DNA of 63,933 nucleotides, filler included, from Conidiobolus incongruus B7586 (Eukaryota): NCBI GenBank assembly GCA_000697335.1. It is 7 parts of 7 records of this genome, joined end to end, with 100 filler letters (N's around TTAATTAATTAA, not from the genome) between each part and the next. Parts side by side here need not be neighbours in the genome. Positions count along the whole stretch, not along the records: positions 23,848 to 54,691 come from JNEM01006041.1; 6 more parts are not named here. One strand, 5' to 3'. Shown piece by piece: positions 25,832 to 38,832 of this stretch (position 1 is its first letter; each line of letters starts with the position of its first letter). The notes under the pieces were generated by a model. It saw only the letters and a program-made list of their open reading frames with translations, ran no database searches and was not told where the DNA came from. The position numbers and the translations under genes were made by a program.

Positions 25832-27615
25832 ATGTGTGACTTGTTTTATTATAATATTTATACTATAAATGATAATTTAACTATCCTTAATTTGAGCTTT
25901 TTCATATTATATTTTCTTTATTTTATCTAATTTATAATGATTTTATTTTTACAATAATAATTTATAGTTTTAATTAATTACTTATATATTTCATTTAGTT
26001 ATTTCTCATCTTTACCAATATTTTTCAAATCATATTCATAGTATTCAATTTTTATTTCTAAGTTTTGTTGACGTAATTAGAATTCATTCTGTTCAAATCA
26101 AAAAAAATTATTAAATAAGGTTATTAAAAAGTATTCTATTGCTTCACCCGTATTAATATACAATAATCTAAACTGAACAGCTATATAATTAGTGTCTTTT
26201 TGAGCTCTATATTTTGGAATATATATATGAATTCTATAAAACTTGTACTTTCATATTAGATTAATTACTGAAAGTGATTTAAAATCTTTCGAATACTGTT
26301 AAATAAATCTCAATAATATATCTGATAAAATTTCGCATTATAATATTCGTGTTTAAAATAATATTTCATCTAAAATATATCTATACATAATCAATTAATG
26401 ATATCTGAATAACTTTTCCTAAGGTTTTGTGTTAACTATAACTGTTATGTTAGTTAAATATTTTATTATTAGTTAATGATTCTATATGTGTATAATACGT
26501 TATTTTTTAAATTATCAATATGTCTTTACTCATTATCCAAAAAATTAATAAATATGATATATTGGTTTTAGGTGTTAATATTACATATTTTATATAATCT
26601 GTAATTAATCAGAGAATATATAAAATTATAAATCTATTCCTTATGAATTTAATTCATGTCGTATTCTTATTGATCAATGCTATAATCATCTTAATATTCT
26701 ATTATATCACTAATATTATTGTAATATAAAAGCCATCTAATAAAGTGTTAAATATATTATTATTTATATTTGTAATTATATTCGAACTTGATTAAATTGA
26801 TATACCAGTATTTTAGATTAAGTTAACTGAAATAACTGTCTATTTTATTAATCAAACTCATCCTTTTCAGTTGTAATCTGACAATCATCAAACTTGGTTT
26901 ATGCTTTCCATTATATGACTTTATTTTAGCGCCGCAGACCCTCTTGAGTCTGAAAAGTTCATGCTTATTCTTAATTTTTAATCTTAAATTGCTACTTAAA
27001 TAGCTATATATTCTAACAAATTTTGATAATTATTAACAACTATATAAAGTATGATGATTTAGAAATTAGATTGGTTTTTCAGTATTATAGCCCTATCCAC
27101 TAATGAAATCTCACATAAACTACATAGTTGGATCAGATTACAAAAGTGTGTTCTAGTAAAAGAAATTTCTCAAATTTTTCATGATTAACTTTGCTAAACT
27201 TTTTATATTTTGATTCTAATAATAAAGAATATATTTTTATGATTCATTTTCAATGGATACTTTAAAAAGTATGATGTAACTAAAATTCATTTTTCGGATG
27301 GTAACTGTAAATATTTTTAAAATATCATATATTATAATATTTTTTATATAAGTCATTTTAATAGTATATATATACTGTTATTTAAAAATTCTATTTTTAA
27401 AATATTTATACCAGTATAAATCAGATATTTCAATGATTATAGCATAATTGGATTGGTTATATAAAATAAAAATGATTAATAAGGTAGTGATGATCAATTT
27501 GGATTTAGATAGATGTAAACAGAGGGAAGAAGGCTGACTTTAAGTATAATAGATATTGAAATAAATACTATGAATATTGAAAATTGATTTTATTGGATAT
27601 AAGTATACACGACGT

Positions 27616-28188
27616 TTAACCGAAACGGGTGCCGAATTGGTTGTTTTGATCTTCACGAGGTCCTTGGAAGGTGGTGACTTCATTGCCACTACGACCACCA
27701 ACATTGACTTGGATATCGTGAGAGTGGAGCCAAGCACCAGTGTTCTTGTGTCTTAAGAGGAAGACATCGTTAGCATGCCATTCTTGTCCATTGGGACCTC
27801 CATCAGCCTTTTCAACAATCCAAAGGTCATTGGCATCGGATTGTTGTTCAGTACCAAAGGTAGAGACTTCATTTTGGCCAGAGGAAGGAGATCTGATATC
27901 ATGGCTATGTAACCACTTGAAAGTGGCCATATGGTGAATACGGATTTCTTCGCCGTATCTAATAACATCACCAATGTTGCGTTGATGTTCGGGACCTAAA
28001 ACTTGCCACCAGTCTTCATGTTCGGGTTGGTTAGAAGGAGCATAGACGAGTTGTTGGCCGGAACCACCTTGATAATTAACAGAAGAGGAGCGAACGTATC
28101 TACCTGTAGCTAAATGGCGAAGACAGATCTTAGAACCAATGTGAACGCGGTGGTCATCTCCAACGTGGGGGTGTACTTGCCAAGGCAT
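27616..28188 (-). CDS. Stand-alone MIR-domain (beta-trefoil, SDF2/PMT-MIR-like) protein, copy A, no signal peptide
   Basis: 190 aa from ATG 28188. Three MIR-like units: ICLRHLATG..SGQQLV, IRIHHMAT..LHSHDIRSPSSGQNEVS and FLLRHKNTGAWLHSH..NEV. Confidence 0.88.
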   Translation of the reverse strand: MPWQVHPHVGDDHRVHIGSKICLRHLATGRYVRSSSVNYQGGSGQQLVYAPSNQPEHEDWWQVLGPEHQRNIGDVIRYGEEIRIHHMATFKWLHSHDIRSPSSGQNEVSTFGTEQQSDANDLWIVEKADGGPNGQEWHANDVFLLRHKNTGAWLHSHDIQVNVGGRSGNEVTTFQGPREDQNNQFGTRFG

Positions 28189-29749
28189 ATCGAAATATTT
28201 AATCAAATAATATGAATAACATTGATTTGATTGAAAAGTAATCGCAGTATTTATATCCGATTTTTACTTACGTCACATAAAAAGCTTCTATGTGAAATTC
28301 TAAAACTTAGTCAAATGATTGGGCTTCGTTTATTGATTTAGCTTGATTTAATTAGGTTACCTTTTCATTATTATTGATATTATTGGATAACATGAATATC
28401 CATTTTTTGGCTTTGTATCAAAGCTGTAAATATTAAATTATTTAATCAGTACAACATCATTTTAGCATTTCACAAATATCATTTTAATTAATTGCGGAAA
28501 TTGATTTAGTAATAAGGAAATACTATGTTTTAACATCTGTTAGTTTTTCATCAACATGCTTTATATTTATAAACACAAGCTTCTATTAAAACTAACAAAA
28601 ATACATTTTATTCCGATAAAAACTGTACATTAATGAACTGAATTTAACTAACAATTTCAATGCATTTATTCCCAATATGTCTTAGTTTAAATTTAATTTA
28701 AATTTTGAACAACTCAATTTAGATTAAATTTAGTTTATAAGTTGCACGAAGCCTAGAATTTCTAATATTTGCCAAATGATTGACTATGCATATTAGTATT
28801 TTTTTACCATATGTTTGTGAGATTAAAATAGTCAAAATATTTGTATGTACATTCTTATATCATTAATATTCTGAATACAAATTTTACTCGCTTCTCAATA
28901 TTTTATTCAGATTTCAATAGAAATTGATATAAAATTTTGAATGGATATAATTATTTAGTTGTACAGTTTCAACTTTGATTTTTATGAATTCAAATCCTAA
29001 ATATCAATTGATAATCACTTATTACAAGATGATTTTCTATTAAACTATGATCTATGTTAAAATGTGTGATATGATGGCTAATAAATAATAGCAGTGTATG
29101 GTTATTTTGGATTTGACCTGATTACATCATATCAGATGTCCTGCTCTTGTTTTTAGACATAAATAGTTCAACTGTTTTGAAAATAGTAAAATTTTAATAT
29201 ATATATTAACTGATAATGGCTACTTTTTTATAATTTGTAATTTATTCTATCTTATTATATTTTTTTATTTCTTTCATTATACCTTATATTGAAAATGTAT
29301 CCAACTGTTGTATTTTATAATAAGTTTTATAATTTAAAGATTGTTTGTTAGAAAGGTACTTGTAATATGATTTAATAAATTATTAATCCTTTTATGTCTT
29401 AAAACTTACTGCTGAGACATTGTAGCAGAATATTCAAAAAAAACTTCCTTTTATCTTTATCACTTTTAAGGTTTGAATATTTGATTTAGTGAATGATATA
29501 TCTAATAAAGAATATGCTTTAATTATAAATTGACAAAGACAGCTTAAAATAGAAATAATATTAGTTTAACTATCAAATTTAGGTGGGTAGTTAATTTTGA
29601 AGTACAACACTACAATCATTTTTATTTGATTTAAAGTGATTGAATTAATCAATTTAAATTTCAATGTGTACAAAATATAAATCAAAAAATATAATTCAAA
29701 GGCTGAAAAGTTGTATAGCCAATATATCAAATTCAATATATGAATTTCT

Positions 29750-30600
29750 ATAGGAAATAGGCCATACTACATTTTATATACTACAATGGTCATTAGCTCT
29801 GCTAGGCTCATACACATTTGTTCAATATGAATTCACCCAATTATACCAATTCACATATGGTTCCTTTGACCAATTGTTGTTCATTTTAATTATTGTATCA
29901 TTTTATATCATATTAAACTATTTAAGATTTGGTGATCCAGGTACAATCACAGGGCAAAATTTTAAAAGTACAGAATCGATATAAATTAGATGGTTTAATC
30001 TATTATAAAAAATTTTACTCAACTTGTAAATGAAATCGATCAGCTAGGACGAAGCATTGTAAACTGTGTAATCGATACCATCTGCTGATGGATTATCACT
30101 GTGTTTGGATTGATAACTGCGTAGCTAATAATAACCATCGATATTTTGTATTACATTTGTTTCTCATGATATCAATGAGTGTTTATGAATATTGCTTATT
30201 TTATCATTTGAATAAGCTGAAGATTTCTTCGAGTGTTAAATATATGGATGTAGTGACTAGTGAGTTAAAAATTATACAAACTTGATTGATGGTTGTGATG
30301 GTTTTACAAAGACATACCCAATTAACTGCTCTTCGCTTGGGTTTAAGTATTATTAGTTTATCCTTGAATATATCTTTAATCAGTCATCTAATGAGTAAAA
30401 TCAGAAAGATGACAGAAGACGGGGAGAATAAATGAAATTACCCTCAATCTCTCGTTCAAAGGGGAAAGGCTAAATACATTGACTCTGATCAAAAGACTTG
30501 CAATAATCCCATCGAAAAGGATGAACACCAAGAAGTTTATTTAACCATTTACTATCCTAATCAATTGTACTTTTCTATGATTAAAGATTATTCTTTAATA
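29750..30600 (+). pseudogene. DHHC palmitoyltransferase (Swf1-like) pseudogene
   Basis: DPGTIT, then a frameshift, then YKLDGLIY..[Y]STCK[*]NR[S]ARTKHCKLCNR[Y]HLLM-DYHC-VWIDNCVANNNHRYF. Stop at 30031-30033; DHHC reads DYHC at 30091-30102. Boundaries approximate. Confidence 0.8.
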
Positions 30601-30967
30601 ATTTGACTCATATGATATTTCCTCCTCCTTCATCACAATCCACAATGCAAGATAATACCTTAAAAATTAACTAATGCTCCCTTTTATTGCTTTATTCACT
30701 TAATTACATATATGGCACCTCAAAATAAATATTTCGCTATTTAATAACATATAAATTATCAATGACAAGAATATGTTTGAGGTATAGTAATTATACTATT
30801 GTAAAAATTTCAGTTTATCAGTTGGTATGCCACTTTAAACTTAACACTCAAGTATAATATTTGATCCATGATGCATATAAAAAAGGCCATGATAAGTTGA
30901 TATATATTTAAGAAGGTATATCATATAAAAATGATTGTTAGAAGGTTTATTTAAAATACAAAGTTAT

Positions 30968-31540
30968 TTAACCAAAGCGAGTACCGAATTGGTTGTTTTG
31001 GTCTTCACGAGGTCCTTGGAAGGTAGTGATTTCATTACCAACGAGGCCACCAATGTTGATTTGGAGATTATGAGAGTGAAGGTAGGCACCAGTATTCTTG
31101 TGTCTTAAGAGGAAGACATCGTTAGCATGCCATTCTTGTCCATTGGGACCTCCATCAGCCTTTTCAACAATCCAAAGGTCATTGGCATCGGATTGTTGTT
31201 CAGTACCAAAGGTAGAAACTTCATTTTGCTCAGAAACAGGCGATTTAATATCGTGACTATGTAACCATTTGGAAGTGGCCATATGGTGAATACGGATCTC
31301 TTCACCATATTTGACAACGTCACCAATGTTGCGTTGATGTTCAGGGCCTAAAACTTGCCACCAATCTTCGTGCTCAGGTTGGTTAGCAGGAGCATATACA
31401 ACTTGCTGACCAGAGCCAGATGGGTAGCTAGCATTAGACGAGCGAACATATTTACCAGTAGCTAAATGCTTGAGACAGATTTTAGAGCCAATGTGAACGC
31501 GATGATCGTCTCCAACGTGAGGGTGTACTTGCCAGGGCAT
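30968..31540 (-). CDS. Stand-alone MIR-domain protein, copy B
   Basis: 190-aa paralog of 27616-28188 with identical length and the same motifs. Confidence 0.88.
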   Translation of the reverse strand: MPWQVHPHVGDDHRVHIGSKICLKHLATGKYVRSSNASYPSGSGQQVVYAPANQPEHEDWWQVLGPEHQRNIGDVVKYGEEIRIHHMATSKWLHSHDIKSPVSEQNEVSTFGTEQQSDANDLWIVEKADGGPNGQEWHANDVFLLRHKNTGAYLHSHNLQINIGGLVGNEITTFQGPREDQNNQFGTRFG

Positions 31541-33793
31541 ATTGATATTTTCGATATTGTGATTTCAACTTGATATTCATGAACAGGTGAATTACTTTGA
31601 GGTATATATACTGATAAATACATTGACCAATAATTGATTTTTGATACAATGACGTAATGGATTGGTATGACTTAATTTTAAGTCATTAATATCTTTTATT
31701 ATAAATTCTCATTTAAACATTATTCAAAGTGGAATCAATTCAATTTAATTATTTTTACTTTAGTATAGTAAGCCTTTTGTTGAAATTATAAAATTTATGT
31801 TGAATTAAATGATGTAATTTTTATCTAATTTTATTGAATTTAGTTACAGATAATTTATAACCTTAAATTCAATTAATCACTTAATCATATTTGATAGTTA
31901 TAATAATTAATATTAGAGTTGAGTTTAAAATATATATTACTTATATCTATATATATCATTTATGAACTTTAATTATGTTCATAGAATCATGAATTACAGT
32001 GGCTGATTCATCAATCAAATCAACTTTGATTTAATTCAATTTAAATTTATAATCAAAATTATCACATTTTATATCTGAAGAAACTTTAATTGTAACATAA
32101 TACACTTCAACTATTATAATTATGGGTTTATTTTATAATAAACAAATATTATTCATCGATTATAACATTATGAATTCAATAAAAATAAATACTAAAAGTA
32201 ATAAAACTTGATTTTATTTTTAGCAACTTAATATTCAAAAATGTAGGTAAAATTTGATATAATATTTTATCGTTCAGGATCTGTTCCTAGTATTATCAAA
32301 GTTTTATTAAATATAAATAATAATTTTAAATTATTCAAGTCCAATAAACTTGATATATAATTTAATAAATTTCAATGATGATGTAGACAGAAAATTCGAA
32401 AATAATCAATGTAACACAAAAATTTGGAAATTATAGACTTCATAGCTTATGATTACAATTGAATAATTTGGCGCCAAAATACTAGTAATATTGCTATTCT
32501 CTAGCAATATTAATCTTAATTAAGGTTTTCTTTCTATTAATTAATAGAATTCAATATTATAACATATTGAGCTAGTGTATTACACCAATTTCACAACCTT
32601 GAATAACAGAATATTATACTCTAATAATTCAAAAAAAGAATCAGAATATATCATTTGATAGATCTAAAATATGTTTGATTTGCTCACCTGAAAAATTCAA
32701 TATACTTATACTTAATATTGTCTAACTTTTATACAGATTTCATCAAAGAAATTTAATATTTATTCATCTTTTACAAATGATTTACCATAATAGAATTGAA
32801 AATCTCTTGATGCCAATATATATATATATATTGATTCAAGATTTACTAAAATAATTCAGAACTATTCAATATTATATCAAAGTTTATATTTAATTTGGAA
32901 TTTTATTCACATACGAAGAGATTTAGTATTTCTTTTATTTGACTTTCGGTCAATATCTTCCAATTTTATTATGCAAAATAATCTTTTTACAATACATTGT
33001 TTAACTAGCAGATATAAACAAACTATATGGTTAATGCCAGAATTTAAATATATTGCGTTTGAAATTATGTTATTTCAATAAGTTTTAATCCTATATCTTT
33101 AAATATTTTTAACCAGTTATTACCAGACCTGTATACATCATAAAAAAATTATATGGTTATTAGAAAAGTGTGGAGAAAAAATTCAACCATTATATTAACT
33201 TTTTACTAAAATAAGACGAAATGAAAAAAACATTTTATTGATATTTTAACAATTGCACTAGTGTGTATTTCATTATACCATTTTCGTCATAATAAGATTG
33301 ACTGTGATATGTTAAAATGAAGGGTTAAATATGTTGATGATGGTGCCAATGTTATATTAATTTTTAAATATTAAAATTTAACATTTCGTTAACCATATTT
33401 CATAACCAATTTTTAATATAAACTTGATTTACTGATTTTGGATCTATGATTGGGTATCTAAAAGATAAAGAAATATTGTACTGTTTTTTATAAACGTTCT
33501 TTTGATATATATCTATACAATTTATCAATTAATATGGTGTTAATAAAGTTCAATAATTTTTAGTGAATACTATCTATGAATTATTAAGTCCAATGTTCAT
33601 ATCAATGTATATTTGCAAATAATTACATTTTTCACTGGTTATTGAAGCTAAATTAAGCTTCGTATATCAAATAACTAGTCGATTTAGGCTATGATCCATT
33701 CCAAGTGTCAATCATCAAGTGTTTTACTTAATCCAATTCAATAAAATTAATTTATTGTCATAAAATAGCTTATCATACAACATAACAATTAGA

Positions 33794-35521
33794 TTATCTG
33801 TCATATCTTCTAGGTGGTAGAGGAAACATGTCGATTAGATGGCTGATTACATTTTCTTGATTTTGATCCAATTGCAGCTTATTTAAGACGTCCAGATGCG
33901 AGGAGTCTTGCCCCAAATCGTAAAGGGATCGGAATGCATTCTTTTGATTCAATCTCATTTTATCTAAATCGGGCGCTGGATCCCAAGATGATGATTCTGA
34001 GAGTGATTCAAGGTGGCTCGAATCACTTTGATTATTCGCATTGTAAATATCAATGGGTTTAGAATGGCTCATATTTACCGGCTGCATATCATTAATAGAA
34101 GACTGGTGACTCAAAGAGTCTGTCGAATCTTGGGTACCTTGTATTAAAGAATCAAAGACATGGTTTGCATCCAAAAGTGGAGTGAGCTCCAATTTAATCT
34201 CCAAATCGATATCAGGACGCAAAGACGAATGTCTTGAGTGGCTGGGAGTAGTTACCTCGGAAGAAGTATCATCTGTCAAAGAAGATGACAGAGTTGGAGA
34301 TAACAACTGCCTGCCGCACTTCATCTCGGAAGAACTTGGTGGTTGATCTGTATAGTGAAACCATCCGTTGGGCTCCGAAGATAGGAGTGCAGGGTGCAGA
34401 CAGAGCTGATACTTCGAGCTCTCATGTTTGGATTTTGACCTGGATCCAAATTGAAGCTGGATTTTTTTAGTAATAATAGCTTCATTTTCCTTAGAGACGG
34501 CATCAGACTGCGGTAGCTTCGCCGTAGACTTTGTTGCTGGAGATGCTACCACCGGTGGTGTCACAATGGTTTGAGACATGTTGGGTTGTTTTTTACTGCT
34601 CTTTGAATTCCAGAACTTGAAAAAGCGTTTGGATTTAGAGGTCTTGGATGAGTTGGTAGTGACATTGGTTATAGTGGTTGTGATAGTATCAATGGTCGTA
34701 GCTTCAGATACATCGGAAGCTTGGGAAGAGCGTCTTGTGAGCGATTTTGGAATGGGTTTGGACCAGCAAAGCCCCAAATTCATATTCTGCACCCTGAGCA
34801 CCATATGTGCCATCCAATAGCGATATAATCCAAAAGATCCCGCATCTAATTCCAAGCATTTGCCATCATTAGTATATATTAAAATGGTATGAATTCCGGC
34901 AGAATAATTTTCATAGCAACTGATACTACATTGGCTCCATTGGATTTCGTCACAAATAGCATATCCGTTCAATGGACTTGTTCCTTGATCCACTGAATGC
35001 AATCTTAATATGGTGTCAGTCACAACTGCTAACACTGTTGTCCAGCTTGATTTCACGGATTTCAGCTTCAATAAACCCATCCAAATGGACTTAGAGCTGA
35101 GAAAATTGCCATATTCAAGCAATAAAAGGTTCAGATCTGTTATCACAAACATTTTACTATCCTCATCTACTCCAGACCCATCATGATACCTGGAATATTG
35201 TTGTGCTCTTGAAATAAAATTAGGTTGAATAAGTGAGCGACAGTTTGGGCAAGCTACAAGTCCCAAGACATCATAACTAACCAATAACACCCGGTAACAG
35301 TGCTGGCATTGTAAATGATAGGAGTTAATATGGTGGATAGTAAAGTAGTGTCGCTTTCTAGTTTTATTATCAGGATCTTTGATGGATAAATTCAAGGCAT
35401 GCGCTTTAACTGACGAGATCAAGGATTCAGCATCTATTTCCAGAGAATCGTTCAAATAATTCTCCAATGGATTCTGTTCGATAAATTGATGGTAGCTATT
35501 TCTATGATAATTATAATCCAT
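33794..35521 (-). CDS. Hypothetical protein with CxxC..CxxC zinc ribbon, PH-like domain and Ser/Thr-rich disordered C-terminus
   Basis: 575-aa intronless ORF with CQHC..CPNC and PH-like WMGLLKLK..SWTTVLAVV..LRLH..LELDA..YRYWMAHM. Confidence 0.75.
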   Translation of the reverse strand: MDYNYHRNSYHQFIEQNPLENYLNDSLEIDAESLISSVKAHALNLSIKDPDNKTRKRHYFTIHHINSYHLQCQHCYRVLLVSYDVLGLVACPNCRSLIQPNFISRAQQYSRYHDGSGVDEDSKMFVITDLNLLLLEYGNFLSSKSIWMGLLKLKSVKSSWTTVLAVVTDTILRLHSVDQGTSPLNGYAICDEIQWSQCSISCYENYSAGIHTILIYTNDGKCLELDAGSFGLYRYWMAHMVLRVQNMNLGLCWSKPIPKSLTRRSSQASDVSEATTIDTITTTITNVTTNSSKTSKSKRFFKFWNSKSSKKQPNMSQTIVTPPVVASPATKSTAKLPQSDAVSKENEAIITKKIQLQFGSRSKSKHESSKYQLCLHPALLSSEPNGWFHYTDQPPSSSEMKCGRQLLSPTLSSSLTDDTSSEVTTPSHSRHSSLRPDIDLEIKLELTPLLDANHVFDSLIQGTQDSTDSLSHQSSINDMQPVNMSHSKPIDIYNANNQSDSSHLESLSESSSWDPAPDLDKMRLNQKNAFRSLYDLGQDSSHLDVLNKLQLDQNQENVISHLIDMFPLPPRRYDR

Positions 35522-37374
35522 TAAATATAATCAACAACAACAGAAATCGATTCAGTGAAATAGAACTCAATTAATTACCTAAGTCATCATCAATTATTTA
35601 TACTCCCCCTTTTTCAATATTAAATTTCCATTCCTTCAAATAACCAATATTTTAATTTTTATCTTAGCTCAATTTTACTCCCGCTTTCATACTCATTACA
35701 TCATCCAAATAAGTTAACCAAATCTTACTCATTATAGGTGTTCAATATAAACATTCTGATTCATATCATTACCTATATTTCTATCATCAGCAATATAATT
35801 TCCATCAAAATTACACAGAGCAAATTCCAATTTAAGAAAACGATACAAATATTTTCTGAACATAAAGCGAATATATTAAATTATAGCTTGGAAAAAAATA
35901 AAGGTTAGATTTACAACAACTATTTGTTTCACTTAATTTGGGACTATAGTAAAATTATTGTTTGATTTGAAAGTTTTTCAAAAAACATTATACCAGCTAT
36001 ATATAGTTTAAGATTAAGGGGTTAAGGAATTTGACATGGATATAAAAACATTTTCCTTTATTGTCATTTTTAATTCATTATTTTCATCATATACCATCAA
36101 CAAGATCATAACCATTCATTGAATTATTTATTATTCACATAAGAATGTTAATACTAATGTAATCATACTAGTTTTGTAAAATTCGAAAACAGAACTAGAA
36201 TAAAATTGCTGAGCCTAGAATGAATTAATATTAATTCAATTTTTGTATCATGGATAAGCTCCTTAATAATAGTGTATACCAATCATTCTGATTCAAATTA
36301 ATTATTAGAATAATATATATATTCATTCACCATATATCATATTGCATTTAATATTTTGTATAACTTAATTAATCTGTAATCAAGATGAAATTGGATTAAT
36401 TATGCATTTCAAATTAATAGATTAAATCAATAAAGTTTATATTACTTCTAATATAAATACAACAGCCAGCCGTCATCATTTAATATAACAAGTTAACAAA
36501 AAATCATATTAACCTTGTTTTAATATTATCATTTCTATAGTAGTTTTGTTTATCTAAATTGGGATTAAATAATTTACTATAGATAGATATTTGCACCGCA
36601 TTATTGATATTTATTTGAGTAAATGAAAATTAAAAGATTCACTTTTCTCAATTTTAACTAATACAAAAAGTTAGTATTAAATTTAATATATACTATAATC
36701 AAAATATATTATACTAATTTGAAATTATTATCACTATTATATTGAACTTTAGCTTCATTAATTTATAAATTGTTTAATTCAATTTTGCATTAATAACCTT
36801 TAATATAAATTATTCAAAAAATATATTTTACACTTATAATTTATACTCTCACACAAATATTTATCTTAAGATTATATTTATGAAAGTATAAGCATATATA
36901 ATATTAAAATTTCATATAATACTTGTTTATATCAATAAATTTATTATTGATACTGATATTATTAATTAAACGATTTTATTCTAAAGGATTTACAGAATAA
37001 ACTTTAGGATTATTCTAATTTGTCTAGTATTTACTTAGCCTTGACTAATTCATAAAAATAACTTACCTATTCTGTATGCATTCTCTGATTATTTGGCCTT
37101 AATATTGATTAAATGATCCAAGTGTATCTTCAGTAATTTAATAATTGGATCCTATATTTGTTTTGCAAGTATAAATTATAGTTTTAATAAACAAATATTA
37201 GTGTGATAATTTAATAAACACTATTGCTATATAACATTAACTTAAATAATATTACAGGTATTTTAAATAAATGAATAGTGATTGAATTATTGGAATAATT
37301 GGTGTATATGATATTATTTCGATGAAAATGAAGAGTATATTAAATACTTTTATTTATAAACCTCTACATTAAGC

Positions 37375-38832
37375 TTAGTTTTTCTTAGCCTTGGGTTTAC
37401 GTTCAACTTCTAATTTTAATACTTCCAAGACTTCTTCATTTTGGATGGATTTTTCAGATTTGTAGGCTTCCAAATCCAATAAACCAGGAGTGGTCAATCT
37501 GATAGATCCATTACCAGTGAGTAAGACGGTGAATAAGAATTGAGCAACAACTTGGTCCTTTTCTTCGGCCATGACATCATAGTTAGCAAGGACTTGGTTA
37601 CGGACACATTCAACAACACCCATACGAGCAGTCTTGATGTCTTCAGAGGTTCTGATGTTGAAGGGGAATTTACCATGTTTGTTGTTTACTTCAGACAAAT
37701 AGCGACGAGAGGCGGCCATCTTGAGTTGGTATGTGCTGTCAGTACGACGGTAGACGGTAGTACGGTAGTTGGTGTTCTTGAGTTTACCATCTTTAGAGGA
37801 AATGACAATATCGACACAGTAGACTTCGTTTTGGGCAATTTCATTGATTTTGAAGTCTCTACGATGGTTTTCGTTGGGGTTGAGGATGATTTGCTTTTCA
37901 CCTTCAAGAACGTTTTGTTCAACTTGATAAGACAACATACCTTCGATAGGCTTGACGTCAAATTCTTTGCAGACTTTATTGACAATGTCAGTAACAACAG
38001 AGGTCTATAATTCAAGGGTATGTGAGCTTTAAATAAATTTCAAGAGTATTGGTAAGTACCTTGTTACCAGGAACAACAGTTCTGAGGGCAGCTTCAGCAG
38101 AGTAGTGAGCAGCTAAGATAGTATCAGCCTTGATACCAGTAGCGGGTTCTTCCTATATTAAAAGTATAAATATCATGCTGGATATATATAAATATATATA
38201 TAATTTTACCTTGGTAGCACCAATGACGAAAGTATGGGCAACAATAGCAGGATATCCATCAATATGGGTACCAAGTTGACTATACAAAATTAGGTTAATC
38301 AGGCTATTATATGATCGTCGAATTTGATAGTATTACACTTTAACTAAATCACCTTTGGATAAAGTAGTGTTGGCTTCAGGGTCAGATTCCAAGGGAGAGA
38401 AGTGGCAAGCAATGTTGTTGATAGAGATACAGGTGGGGAAAGCAATACCTATAAAATATAAATAAAAAATGATATATATAATATTTTTGAGCGTATACCT
38501 TTGGTAATGGTCTTGTTTTTGGTGTAGATTTTGGAGAGGGCATCAGTGATAAATTTGTCACCTTCAACACAGATATCGATAATTTTAGCTTCAGGAACAC
38601 ACTTTTCAATAACGAATTTTAAGGCGTCTAATTAAAAAAACTATGTTAAAACAATCGTTTGGAGCAAAAAGGAATATCATAATAGCAATATTGGTAATAG
38701 ATCTAGAAAAAAAAGGAATAGTAAAAGCTTACTTTGAGTGATCTCAGAAGCAGCGTTGTATTTGGTAACAACATCGGGGTTGGTGATATCTTTGGGTTTT
38801 TGGTTAGCAGCGGAATCAGGTTTGGAGGCCAT
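37375..38832 (-). CDS. PA2G4: PA2G4/Ebp1/Cdb4 (curved-DNA-binding, MetAP-fold) protein, multi-exon
   Basis: Start [25 protein letters not shown] at 38832. Exons contain [62 protein letters not shown] and [10 protein letters not shown]. Confidence 0.92.

Noticed and set aside
26850..26970. Small GC-richer island with TGATGA/CTGA-like boxes (possible snoRNA)
   Set aside because: No terminal stem or rRNA-complementary guide could be verified.
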